Assembly (NCBI RefSeq): GCF_003918875.1
Contig: NW_025765792.1
Location: forward strand, 62,001-126,000
Origin: Haliotis rubra
Taxonomy: Eukaryota
DNA length: 64,000 nucleotides
Reading direction: 5' to 3'
The notes beneath the pieces were generated by a model, which made no database searches, was not told the DNA's origin, and saw only the letters and a program-made list of their open reading frames with translations. Positions 12,919-24,861 of the stretch are shown here, in pieces. Made by a program: the position numbers and the translations under genes. The first letter of the stretch is position 1. Each line of letters starts with the position of its first letter.

Positions 12919-14023
12919 TACACATAAAAGCGACAAAACTACTCCCAAAACATAAGAAATCGCTGCAAAAACAGAGAGCATTGCACGATTCTGACTATGT
13001 CATTAGCGTGTGTTTATGCATCTTTATGAAATTGCGACGATAGCAGGAGTAAGGGAAGAAGTGAACATGTACCCTTTAAAAACATATGCAGAGTCAAATG
13101 TTCACCACAACACAACACGGGAAATACCGCCATCTACTACTTGGGGCTCATGTCCGTTTTGTAATCTTGATGATTAAATGTGACACCCATCACAAACACA
13201 CGCACATGCGTGTAAAATATTCACCTGAACAAACAAGAAACAGCATCTATAACTGCAGCCAAAAAGAGCAGCAAACGCATCTTTTCAGAGTTTAACAGTT
13301 ATCTCAGAAAGCACTGTACATGTCACTGTCTGTTTCTTACGTCAGGCGTTGAACCTGGCATTATTGAAATTGGTGAACTTATTTTTGCTATTCATACCCG
13401 CGGGTGGTAACTATAGACTAGCCTACTTTACCCGAACACCTGGTGCCATCACTATTCGACAGCGTTTCATAAACGTCGGAATTGTACAATCGACTCTACT
13501 ATTAGCAAAGATGTTTTTCTAGGTATGGAAAGGGTTATTTCGTTTGTATTTTTCTACATATCATTCCAAAGTTTTGATTTTTCAAATATTACATCATGCC
13601 TATGTCTAGGTCACCTCTCGACAGGTTAGTGTGACACAGTCCGGATGTGTATCTAGATGTCAAAGACGTAGACATACCATGCATTCAACTTATGTTTTTT
13701 GAAGATTTATCTGCAGTAACCCAACAGGAGCTCCCAGATAACAATGTGAACCACAGACAATATCCCTCGATCCCAGGAAGGGCGTTTACATCTCTATATC
13801 ATAAAAAAGGATTTAAGCCTTCATCTTGTGAGTGAGTTGGCGTGGGGGATATTGACAAGCCTAATGGCGCCGTTTGGACACATCTTTAGACTAATGCCCA
13901 AACAAATACTTAATGGGAAATTGATTGAATCGCAAGACACGGCGAGCATATTTCCCCCTGTTACCACGTGGGGACGTTTGATGGTGCTTGTTCAGGGAAT
14001 ATTTTACATTTAGTATTAATAAA

Positions 14024-14457
14024 AGCCATGATGGACACTGTGAAATAGGAGATGGTATGAAGATTGCTAACATTTGGGACAGAAGCAACGTATGCATGAG
14101 TGTGTGAATTATGACATTAATGGCAGGTGCGTGGTTGTACTTGTTACTCCCAACTGACCTGATCTCCACAGCCATGATGGACACTGTGACATAGGAGATG
14201 GTTTGAAGATTGCTAACATTGGAGACAGAAGCAACGTATGCATGTGTGTGTGAATTATGACATTAATGGCAGGTGCGTGGTTGTACTTGTTACTCCCAAC
14301 TGACCTGATCTCCACAGCCATGATGGACACTGTGACATAGGAGATGGTATGAAGATTGCTAACATTTGGGACAGAAGGAACGTATGCATGTGTGTGTGAA
14401 TTATGACATTAATGGCAGGTGCGTAGTTGTACTTGTTACTCCCAACTGACCTGATCT
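14024..14457. repeat. 146-bp tandem repeat, ~3 copies
   Basis: Unit AGCCATGATGGACACTGTG... starts at 14024, 14170 and 14316; copies nearly identical. Confidence 0.95.
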
Positions 14458-14668
14458 GACCTTGTGAAATGTTATGAATGAAACGTTCTTGTTTAAATAT
14501 ATCCGTAGGGGTGGGGCACTGAGCTGCAACTGTTCAAAATGTTATGATTGATCGATAAAATATGGGGTAAAGTGTTGGGGAGAATTTTACAAATTTGCAA
14601 CATCAGATCACACTTTTCACGTTATTAGATATGACAATTATGTTATTTATTTTGTACAGAATGTTTTA

Positions 14669-14836
14669 GACTGACTGACTGAGTTTGGTTTTACGCCGCT
14701 TTTAGCAATATTCCAGCAATATCACGGCGGGGGACACCAGAAATGGGCTTCACACATTGTACCCATGTGGGGAATCGAACCCGGGTCTTCGGCGTGACGA
14801 GCCAACGCTTTAACCACAAGGCTACCCCACCGCCCC
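14669..14836 (-). mobile_element. SINE family A, (AGTC)n tail
   Basis: Full length; TSD GAATGTTTTA. Confidence 0.95.
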
Positions 14837-15000
14837 GAATGTTTTACAGAGGATGGCAAATACGTATGAACAGTATGTACAACTTTAGTCGAAAAGTGTA
14901 TGACGAACTACGGTTATAACGAAGAACTAGTGGTCTCTTTGAGTTTCTTTATAAATGAAATATACTCTATATTAAGTGATAAAGGATTGCTTAGATGCAG

Positions 15001-15225
15001 CTGAGTGAGTGAGTGAGTGAGTGAGTGAGTGTTTTTCATGCGGCTTTGAAAAGTGTTCCACTTCCACCACAACATGTCAAATGGCAAATATCGTTTTGAG
15101 CTGCAGCTGAGTGAGTCTGTGTGTGTGAGTGAGTGCGTGTGTGCGTGTATGCGTGTATGCGTGTGTATGATCAGGAATTGGTGGGGGTTGGGGTTGGGTT
15201 GGGTTGGGGTTCGGGTTGGGGTTGG
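15001..15225. repeat. Microsatellite cluster (GAGT)n, (GT)n, (GGGTT)n
   Basis: Visible arrays. Confidence 0.85.
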
Positions 15226-16689
15226 CGAGCTGGTATATTCGAAATAGAAGCTAGACATCTACAGCAAACCAGATTCATTATAAAACTTGAAAATACGACC
15301 CTCACAACAATAAAACTTTGTGGAAGTCAGTAGCATGATTATGCCTTGACATAAACACATGTCATGGACAATTTATTGATTTCGATAAAATTGTTCTTGA
15401 TACAACTTTGCAGTATATTGAGGAGGCAATAACAATGACACGATTCCCTGGTATCATCACCATCAAACACTGAATCATCATCACCATGAATTGATGATAT
15501 GGTCAATAAATGTACAATGGCGAAATCGTATAAAAAAGGGTTTTATAGTGTTTTTTGTAAGTCTATGAAATTGAGAACATTCATTCACTTACACGACTAC
15601 GTATATGTAAATTACTGACTTTCAGTCATGCAACAAAGTATTTCTTAAATTCAACACAATTTAAAATAAGTACAACCAGCCCGATTGTCAATGTTTATGT
15701 GACCTTGTGTATTGCTAGTCGTTTAAGCCACAGTTCAGCATTTAGGAGTTTAATACCCTGGATTACATGGCTATTAGAAAGCCTGCCTGCCAAAACAATC
15801 TCTTTGCCAACTCTAGTCAACTGACCCTTATAATGACGTTGACCTTGACAAAGCAGAAGGTCAAGAGGACCCAGCCAAAAAGGATCTTGTTTAAACGAGA
15901 AGGATAATTACAACATTGACACCAGTGTGTAAACATGTTTTTAATTAGGGAGCAGAATACTACTCCATTGTGACGGGATAAATCCTTGAATAGAGATGGC
16001 ATTGTTCTTAGTAGATTGCTCTCTGAGACGGAATTATGCCGTTAAATGCTCTCGTGAACGTTTTTGTATTAATGCGAAACATTAAACATTAGAGTTAAAT
16101 AACAGCAGTCATCCAAACGAAGCCTTTAAATATTGTCAAACATGTTGAAAACATCATCTTGTTCTGAGATCAGTTGTTCATGCCAATCAGGTTTCCCTGG
16201 TCATTTGGGTTTAAATATTTAAAATTCAGTATGTAACTAGGGATTTTGTTAGTCGATATTTGTTTTTCAAGATTCATCAGTTTCCATTTCATGTATGTAT
16301 ATTAATGTTTTATATACCTGTGGAAGGTCAGTACATACGTGAACTTATGTAATGTTGCAATGTATTTACATGGTAAAAATGTGTTTCTATCATGATAAAA
16401 ATGTGTTCTAATCCTTGTACACAACAATATTTTTGGAGTTGAGAAATTTACATTGCGCATGAATCCTTGCATGTATATTTGATAAGGCTGCAAGTTATAA
16501 CATAATCTCGAGGTGAATAGTTAATACACTGTTTAAACATATTTTTATTTAATTTTTTTTTTAATAATAATAGTTTATTACTGTGTCATATGTTACATGT
16601 AGTTATACATTTTGGCACTTTACCTTATACAAACACCGGGCCAGTTCTGGCCTAAATGACACCAGATAAATAGATATATTTTTCAGTAA

Positions 16690-17430
16690 AATTGAATAAA
16701 AAGTATTATAAAAATATTCAACAGGGATCGGTGAACAAGCTGTAAGCTTATGTGAACACCTCTCCCTTACAAACACAAATAATGATTACATAATTTGACT
16801 GTAAATCGTGAACAAACTATACAAAATAGGAAATAAAGTATGTCGGCATCATAAATTGAAAGTAAACAGTCATTTTATCCTGAGAAAAAGCAATCAAATC
16901 TGCCTGATTGTGCAATATACAAACGAACAGATTCAAGAATCTGCATGTTTATAGGTACATTTACATGATCATTTCCGAATAATACTGAATCGAATGTGTA
17001 TCCTTTTTGGTAAAAGTACATGTTATTTCGAGTTTCAGTATGAGTAGGACAAGTAAAGACAAAATGAAAATTATCTTCATTTGCTATTCCACATGAGCAT
17101 ATCGGACTCTCTGAAATGCATCTTTCGTATTTGTGAGCATCGAGGTTAGTTAGTACAGTAATAAATAGAACAGGTAATTAGTCCATTAATTCACATTCTC
17201 ACAATATGTGCAAAAATAAATAATTTTTAAAATCCACACTTGATTTATTTTATTTATGTACAGTTTTGCAAGCTCTTATACAAAATCTACATGATGATAT
17301 TCCTCATCATAAAAATTGTGTTTTCATTCAAACTGATATATTGAACAATTTCTACATTTCATTCAAACGTAATCCGATATGTCATAAGATTTCCAAGGAT
17401 GTTACCCCAGGTGTTAAGGAAACCGTGCTA
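16690..17430 (-). mobile_element. CR1-group LINE 3' fragment (ORF2 C-terminus plus 3' UTR)
   Basis: Minus strand translates NLDAHKYERCISESPICSCGIANEDNFHFVFTCPTHTETR...LFGNDHVNVPINMQILESVRLYIAQSGRF; 3' GGGAGAGG..ATAAGCTTACAGCTTGT..CCGATCCC stem-loop. Confidence 0.88.
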
Positions 17431-18174
17431 TTATGTGACATGGAATTACAAGTTGACTCTTTCATGGCGAACCTGAAGAAGTCCTAGTTAGAATGTCCCA
17501 GTTTAGAAGGTACAAAAACTAATATGATTTTCCACCATGGTCCTGTGTCAACTTGCCTCGAAAACTTCCCAGGTAGTTCTATCTTTGTAAATCCTATTAA
17601 ACACCAAGCTATTGTCACTCTTAGATGGTGAAAAACGTCATTTGTCAAAAAAGTTTATTCCAGAAACAGATGCTGGGATGCAATCTCAGATATCGGGGAA
17701 ATTAGAAAAAATGACACAACCCTGTCCAAACATCCAGGAAGGGAGACGAGGAAGTGGAGCCTTCTCACCAACAATATTTCTTTTCAAGCGATAAAGGCCT
17801 TTGAATGATTCCTGAAATATAGTCGTGTTATCGTGATATTTCAAAGGGGGATTACATGATGTTTGCCTTGACAGTTCTCAAGGGGCCCCTCCCTCGCCGG
17901 TGCAGGTCAAGTATGAGGGTCACACGCACCTGAGAAGGAGGTTGGCGAGGCTTACATGTTGCGCTAACACCTGCTAATATTGTACACTTGAAACAAAAGA
18001 GACAGGTGAACCTTTCCTCATCTGTGTTCAAATTGAGTTTTATTTATATATGAAGTTTATACTGATGTGTAGGTTTATTATAGTCTAGACATCAATGTTT
18101 ACTGTCATACTGAATAAATATAATACTTGTTTTATATGCGCTGGTATGATAATGAAAATCTGTTCACTGTAACA

Positions 18175-18243
18175 GTTCTGGTGTCCCCCGCCGTGATATT
18201 GCTAGAATATTGCACAAAAATACGGCGTAAAACTACAGTCACT
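18175..18243 (+). mobile_element. SINE family A 3' fragment
   Basis: TTCTGGTGTCCCCCGCCGTGATATTGCTAGAATATTGC. Confidence 0.8.
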
Positions 18244-19183
18244 CTCTGTTTACGGATGTTAATCCTCACATTAATTCTCAGTTACACATTTCATCAAATT
18301 ATAATGCAGTATTCATTTATTCCAATTCATGGATATATGAAGAAAATAATACGTTTGTACATAATAACATTTTTATAGCAACACATTGTTACGTAACTTA
18401 CATATCAACGCTTCCAAACAACAAGGTACATGTCCTTAAAAGAAATATGTAAAATTATAAAAAGTATGTACTTTCTTAACTTGATCAGAGTGTTTAACAA
18501 ATTAAACTAAAACTTAACTCACTCACTCACTCAAAGGAAAAAAAACATACTTTGAATAAAAAATGCAATGAATAAGGAACATTAAACAACATTTTTTAAA
18601 TAAAACATGCAATGAATATGGCCCATCTGTCCAGTCGGTGAAGTAAGATATTACCCAATGCACTATTCCATGACCCAGTATTCAGTTCATCGATTAAAAC
18701 ATGTTTACAATGTCCGCACCCACGTGTCAGTGTTTCGCGTCAGGCGTCCATACAACAGATTCAAGGTCGGAATCTATGGTAAGCTGCTAGTTTATCTTTG
18801 TGACATCTGTAATATTGACATTTCCTCACAAAACACAATTTCCTTGTCCCTTCCCAGTATGCTGAAGTTGCTGAGATCAGATGTACCTGAAGACTGATAC
18901 GGAGGAGGGCAATATGCCGGCTGCTTGTCATATCCTGTCATCCCCAGCGTTACCACGGACACAGGCTCTACAAGCTTATATATTTACTCGACAACCATGG
19001 TGTGTTGTAGCCAGTTGTAGGACCAAACTGACAGAAGTCCCCGCGGGCGTGACACATGCAAACAACGTCCCGTCCAACTGGGACAAGAGGCGGTTTCTGG
19101 GAACACATTGCCTTCCTGATTTCCGTGTTGATCTGGTATTGCGATGATGGTAAATATATGAACGAAGGCATACGATGATGTTA

Positions 19184-19635
19184 CTCTCTCACTCACACAC
19201 TCTCCCCTCATTTCTCCCCCCCCTTCTCTTTCGTGTTCGTTTCTCCCCCCTCTCTCTCTCTCTCTCAGCTTCCCTGTCTCTTCTCTTCTTGGATCCCTAT
19301 ATTTTTGTCTATCCCCCCGCCCCTTTCTCATTTATTGCCGATTCGGTCTCCCATTCTCAGCCTCTCCTTTCTTCCTTGTCCCTTCCCTTCTTCCATCCCT
19401 ATATTTTCTCTCTTCCTCTCACTCATTTAGTGCCCTTTCTGACTCCCTGTCGTACCCTCTGTCTATCTTCTTCCTGTGTCTCCTCTCTCCCTGCAAACAC
19501 TGCTCTACATTAACTATCTCATTGGCTCACTCCGCTCTCTTCTCCTCCTCTCTTCTCTCTTTCCTCTCAACTCTCACGCCTTTCTTCTTCGGTCTCTTCC
19601 TTCTTTCACCCTTCATCCCACTCTTCATTTTCTGC

Positions 19636-19670
<35 letters not shown>
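19184..19670. repeat. Polypyrimidine (CT-rich) tract ending in (CT)n
   Basis: ~490 bp strongly C/T-biased. Confidence 0.9.
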
Positions 19671-19671
<1 letters not shown>

Positions 19672-20208
19672 ATGATTACGAAAAACACACCAGCTTCATT
19701 CAAAACGATTTTCTTCTGCATGTTCTCGTTGCTATTTAGTATGAGTATGTCAGAGACTAGGCAAACATTTTCAAGGGTGATATAGACAATGGACAACTGC
19801 AAGGTACCAAATGTCAAACCTCCTAAATTTGTCCTAATTGTACATAATGGTTGACAAACATTCTGCGCAAAAAACAAACATTAACCAAATCCTAGAATGC
19901 CTTCGGAAGTAATGCACTGTTTTCATTTGTGGAGGAGCATGGTTCTCTCCTGACAATTAGATGTTCTGCCAATACGACAATACAAGGAACATGTGAATGT
20001 GTTATTTGTTCTAAGGTAGCATTTGAAACACATCACGGGGGCCAGGTATGCATTCTATGTCAGCTGATGCACTTTAACCTTGGACGTTTGATCTCCATCA
20101 TGTGGTGTACATTGTCTCGCACTCACATTGTCTGTTTGTTTGTTTGTTTTGTTGTACCCTGTCTAGATTTGTTTAGTCATATCTCATTGCGTGTCAACAA
20201 CATTTAGT

Positions 20209-20569
20209 GAGGTGAGGTGAGGTGAAATTGGGTTTAACGTCGTGCTTGAGAATATTTCGCTCATATGACGACGTGCATGCGTGTGTGTATGTGTATGTGA
20301 GGCTGCTTGTACTAGCCCAGACTTAAGCTGGTTTTATAGTGCTAGCCCACTGAGATACCATGCCGCAGTGAAGCATGAATACCCCACTCAGACACATTAT
20401 ACTGACTCCGAGCCGACCAGTCCTTGTTGTACCCATTAATGCCGAGCGCCAGACAGGGACCAACAAGTACCATATTTTAACGTCTTTTGGTATGACGCGG
20501 TCGGGGATCGAACCCGCGACCTTCCGCTCTCCAGGCGGACGCTCTAACCACTACGACACGGAGGCGGTC
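20209..20569 (-). mobile_element. Full-length tRNA-derived V-domain SINE
   Basis: tRNA head with A/B boxes; V-domain-like GTCATACCAAAAGACGTTAAAATATGGTACTTGTTGGTCCCTGTCTGGCGCTCGGCATT; (CCTCA)n tail; 12-bp TSD ACAACATTTAGT. Confidence 0.9.
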
Positions 20570-20594
20570 ACAACATTTAGTAATGAACAGGAGC

Positions 20595-20700
20595 GATATT
20601 TTTATGGACAGACAACTTCTTTATTACAATAAACTCGATGTTTCGGTGTAGATGCTAACACTGTTATCAAGTCAAGGGATACACAACATTATGGACAAGG
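20595..20700 (-). mobile_element. Penelope-like terminal repeat remnant with decayed minimal hammerhead motif
   Basis: Minus strand TTGATAA-CAGTG-loop-CACC-GAAA-CATC followed by AATAAA. Confidence 0.45.
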
Positions 20701-20764
20701 AGAAATATATACAAGAAGGGTACAACTGAAGAGGTTGATGTGCAGTGTGATGATATTACTAAAT

Positions 20765-20930
20765 GGGGCGGTGGGGTAGCCTAATGGTTAAAGCGTTGGC
20801 TCGTCACGCCGAAGGCCCGGGTTCGAATCCCCACATGGGTACAATGCGTGAAGCCCATTTCTGGTGTCCCCCGCCGTGATGTTGCTGGAATATTGCTAAA
20901 AGCGGCGTAAAACCAAACTCAGTCAGTCAG
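20765..20930 (+). mobile_element. SINE family A, (AGTC)n tail
   Basis: Full length; TSD TGATATTACTAA. Confidence 0.95.
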
Positions 20931-20967
20931 TGATATTACTAATGGTTGTTGTGATAATAGATTTATC

Positions 20968-21140
20968 AGTGAGTGAGTTTAGTTTTATGCCGCACTCAGC
21001 AATATTCCAGCTGTATGGCGGCGGTCCGTAAATAATCGAGTCTGGACCAAACAATCCAGTGATCAACAGCATGAACATCGATCTACGCAACTGGGATGTG
21101 TCAACCAAGTAATCCAGCCTGGCTACCCTTTCGACACGGG
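20968..21140 (-). mobile_element. Family B, internally deleted
   Basis: 3' half matches consensus; retains the 5' CCCGTG end. Confidence 0.88.
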
Positions 21141-21158
21141 TTCATGATTATAAAGCCA

Positions 21159-21306
21159 GATGGACAATTGCAAAGTATATGGGCCGCTTAATCTTGATTG
21201 GTCTTGATTAGATGATGGTAACTGAGATCGAGGTTATTACATTTCTACGGTTTACCATCATCTAATCAAGGGCAATCAAGATTAAGTAATATTCTCCTTG
21301 TCCATC
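21159..21306. repeat. Foldback/hairpin element
   Basis: 35-bp inverted arms at 21187-21221 and 21252-21286, plus outer GATGGACAA/TTGTCCATC. Confidence 0.85.
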
Positions 21307-21637
21307 ATTGTTCATCATACCAGCCTCTAAATGCCCCTACAAGAAACATTTAGTTGTGTTTAGGTCTGAGAGCTACTGGAATTAACACACCTTCTGTGGG
21401 TTGGTATGTCTGTCGAGGCTTGAGTGGTCTATGCCATTTTGCCCAGTATTAGGGCGGGGACATCAATGATACTCTCGTGGACAATCGAAACAGGTGGCTT
21501 TGGCGCAACGAACAAACATTTTCAATGTAAGGTTACACAATCGTCCAACTGGATGTCAATCACTGGATTGTTTGCAGAGACTCGAATATTTACATACTAC
21601 CGTCATAACGTAGGTTTATTGCGGTGAGTCGGCATTT

Positions 21638-21875
21638 ACAGACAGACAGATATTTTATTCAGTAACAGGCCTCCGGCCCAAAATACAATCATGATAATAT
21701 GTAACATATCAGCGCATTTTACAGTATTTGCAGTTTGTGTTTCTTGTTTACATGATATAAGAATAAACATACATTTATCATCATATCCATATTTTCACTC
21801 TGTAGAATAGATATAAAATTTATAATGTGGGGAAGTTACTAAAATATTTCTTAATATATTTATTCCTGATACTAC
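21638..21875 (-). mobile_element. LINE 3' remnant with (TCTG)n tail
   Basis: GGGCCGGAGGCC stem, AATAAA, (TCTG)n on minus strand. Confidence 0.65.
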
Positions 21876-21963
21876 ATTTAGCTTCTACCAACAATCAAGC
21901 AAACACATATTAATAAGGAAAGCCGAACGTGATACATGCCATTGCTTTTAGCAAAAGAGAAAA

Positions 21964-22149
21964 GAATGAATGAATGAGTATGGTTTAACGCCGCTTTTAA
22001 CAATACAGCAATATTCCAGCAATATTCCAGCAATATCACGGCAGGAAGACCAGAAATGGGCTTCACACATTGTACCCATGTGGGGAATCGAACCCGGGCC
22101 TTCGGCGTGACGAACCAACGCTTTAACCACTAGGCTACCCCACCGCCCC
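21964..22149 (-). mobile_element. SINE family A, (ATTC)n tail, with internal duplication of CAGCAATATTC
   Basis: Match to consensus. Confidence 0.93.
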
Positions 22150-22386
22150 ATTTAGTAATATAAAGAAATATCTTTGTTGCCTATTTGTCAGTCTTAAGAC
22201 AGTGATATGTTATGACGCAGCCATTGAAGGGGTAAAATATAATGTGAAATTTGCGGTTTTCATTAAATCCACTCTTACTGACAAAGCTTGTTGTTATTTA
22301 TGATATGATTCTACCTTTTGAGCCCCATAGAGCGTCGTTGACGTTTGATATACTGAACAAAAGGCCAAGGGTCAATAGTGTTTTGG

Positions 22387-22618
22387 ACCCGTGAAGATCC
22401 GGGTTGAAATTGATCATACTTGTCGTAAGAGGTGGCTAACTGGATCGGGTGGTTAGGGTCGCTGACTTGGTTGACACATGTCGTCGTATCCCAACTGATC
22501 GATGTTCATGATGTTGATCACTGGATTGTCTGGTCCGGACTCAATTATATACAGACCGCTGCCATATAGCTGGAATATTGCTGAGTGTGGCGTCAAACTA
22601 AACTCACTCACTCACTCA
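22387..22618 (+). mobile_element. Family B with intact ends
   Basis: ACCCGTGAAGATCCGGG start, small internal deletion; TSD TAGTGTTTTGG. Confidence 0.93.
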
Positions 22619-23886
22619 TTAGTGTTTTGGGTCCTTTGGTTTTTGTAGTGAAGATTGAGCACACACACACCATTTCATACACATGCCCTCAAAATATTAC
22701 TGTACCCCAACGTCTTTTGTTCAAAATATCATAGTATTATTTTGACATTACTACCAGTACTAAATGAAATGAATACGACAAAACAATGTTCATAAACATA
22801 CAATCTCCGTTGAAAGCACAAATGCATAGATATATGTAGAAAAAGCGCACAACACATTTCGTTCATAAAACACACGATACCTCAACGTTGTCAAGACAAC
22901 AGCATTTAACCCGCTGACCTTTCAACTGTCCCGGAAGAGGGGATGATATGTAAAAAGAATCACTCTAACATGCTATTTCCGGTTGGTTGCTTAAGGTTTT
23001 TGTAAAATCATTGCACGTTTTGCATCATGTTATCTTATTATTCGCACTTGAGGATTACATTTTTCCACGTTTTAACCCCAAAGGTGCTATGCTTTGATCT
23101 GACTGCTAGTTAAACACGCTGGACAATGAAGGTATTGTTCCCAGAAGCCATGTAGACTGTCGGACATGGTCGCTTTGCCTCCATCTCTTCAATTCTATAT
23201 TTATACACCACTTTTAATCTCCCTATCCAGTTTGTTTCCGCATTCGGCGGTGTTAATCCTTTGATGCAAGGGGTTCGAGAGATTAAGACTTGCGTGGTTC
23301 CGACCAAACACTTTCTAATGTCGTCATCTTGTCGAGGACAGGAAGTCAAAAAGTTATGTAGGTTTGAGGTTGGCTTCTCCGCAGTTTGACATGGCTTTGT
23401 CAGATATTTCTGAAATCTGCAATGTATAAAGAACCTATTTGGCACTCAAATCCTCAACATATTTATATGCTGTGAACTTTAATTGAACTTTAATACTGTA
23501 GAGATGTTTCTTGAAAAGCACGCATGTATGTGTACGATATGACTAGGGTCTCTTGAATGTCTTATTTTAAATTTGGGTTTGAGGTTTTGGTTTATCGTGC
23601 GTGTGTGTAATAAATGACAGCCATGAAAAGGATTTAATAAAATAAACATGAACTAAGTTCAAACCTTATTTTTGCAGGTCGACAGATCAGTGGGAGTTTA
23701 CAAAGCCCTTCTTGAATGAATGCAGTTATTAGACAAGCATTAACGTCATTTCGCTTCAATGTTATATTTACATCACATCACAGTTTGGACGTTTACGTAA
23801 GAAGTAAGAAGTAAAACGCATTTCAAAAGAAATTTTAAAGGAACACGACAGCTCTATGCTGACAAACAAGGCGTTATAATGCTTTG

Positions 23887-24041
23887 GGGGCGATAGGGTA
23901 GCCTAGTGGTTAAAGCGTCCGCTCGTCACGCTTAAGACCCGGGTTCGATTCCCCACATGGTTACAATGTCTAAAACCCATTTCTGGTGTTCCCCGCCATA
24001 TAGCTGGAATATTGCTTAAAGCGGCGTAAAACCATACTCAC
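23887..24041 (+). mobile_element. SINE family A
   Basis: Match to consensus; TSD TATAATGC. Confidence 0.92.
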
Positions 24042-24616
24042 TATAATGCACTGTATGTGTCTTTTCTGACTGATCCTGTCACAGTTAAGGGAAGCAATTC
24101 TTAGACTCCTTAGATCATGCCCTTAGACCGATATGGTTGATCTTAATTACCCTAGAAGGCCAAGTTACACAAATGCCTTTTCTTTCTAAACGAGATAGCT
24201 ATCAATCCCATACCTCAGATATCTGAGGTTTCTCACGTTTTGTTCTTTACCAATGTCTCACCATCTGGTATAGTTTCGTGTTGAAGGGTATTGAACATAT
24301 TTTACTTTAAAAAACAACGACAAGATCTTGAGTTATAATTTCTGTGTTTAAAGAAGAAAACGTGATAAGCTGTTATCTTCAAGTGGTAGAGACTTGTTAA
24401 CACTGCTTTGTAGGAATCACTATGAACATATTTATATCAGTGAACATCATCATATGCATAAATTAACATTCATATAAATTCAATATTTAATGAAAAATAA
24501 CCCCAAACAAATCAATTAAGACTTTACTTGTAATGAGTAGAAAGGTGATGACTAAGCAGTTATTTAAATTCGTAAACTATTATACTTTGAATCTTCTGGA
24601 AAAAATATTCAGTACA

Positions 24617-24861
24617 TGAGTGAGTGAGTGAGTGAGTTTAGTTTTACGGCGCACTAAGCAATATCCCAGCTATATGGCGTCGGTCTGTAAATAATCGAGT
24701 CTGGAGCAGACAATCCAGTGATCAACAGCATGAGCATCGACTGGGAACCGATGACATGTGTCAACCAAGTCAGCGAGCCTGACCACCCGATCCCGTTAGT
24801 CGCCTCTTACGACAAGCATGGGTTACTGAAGATCAATATTCTAACCCGGACCTGCACGGGT
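24617..24861 (-). mobile_element. Family B, full length, followed by (GAAT)n
   Basis: Complete 5' domain and tail. Confidence 0.94.

Noticed and set aside
18984-19877. Several 60-116 aa ORFs (ERER.., SLSL..)
   Set aside because: Products of the CT-rich low-complexity tract
20765-20840. tRNA-Asp(GTC) gene
   Set aside because: Has A/B boxes and a GTC loop, but runs directly into a SINE body with TSDs and lacks a proper acceptor stem
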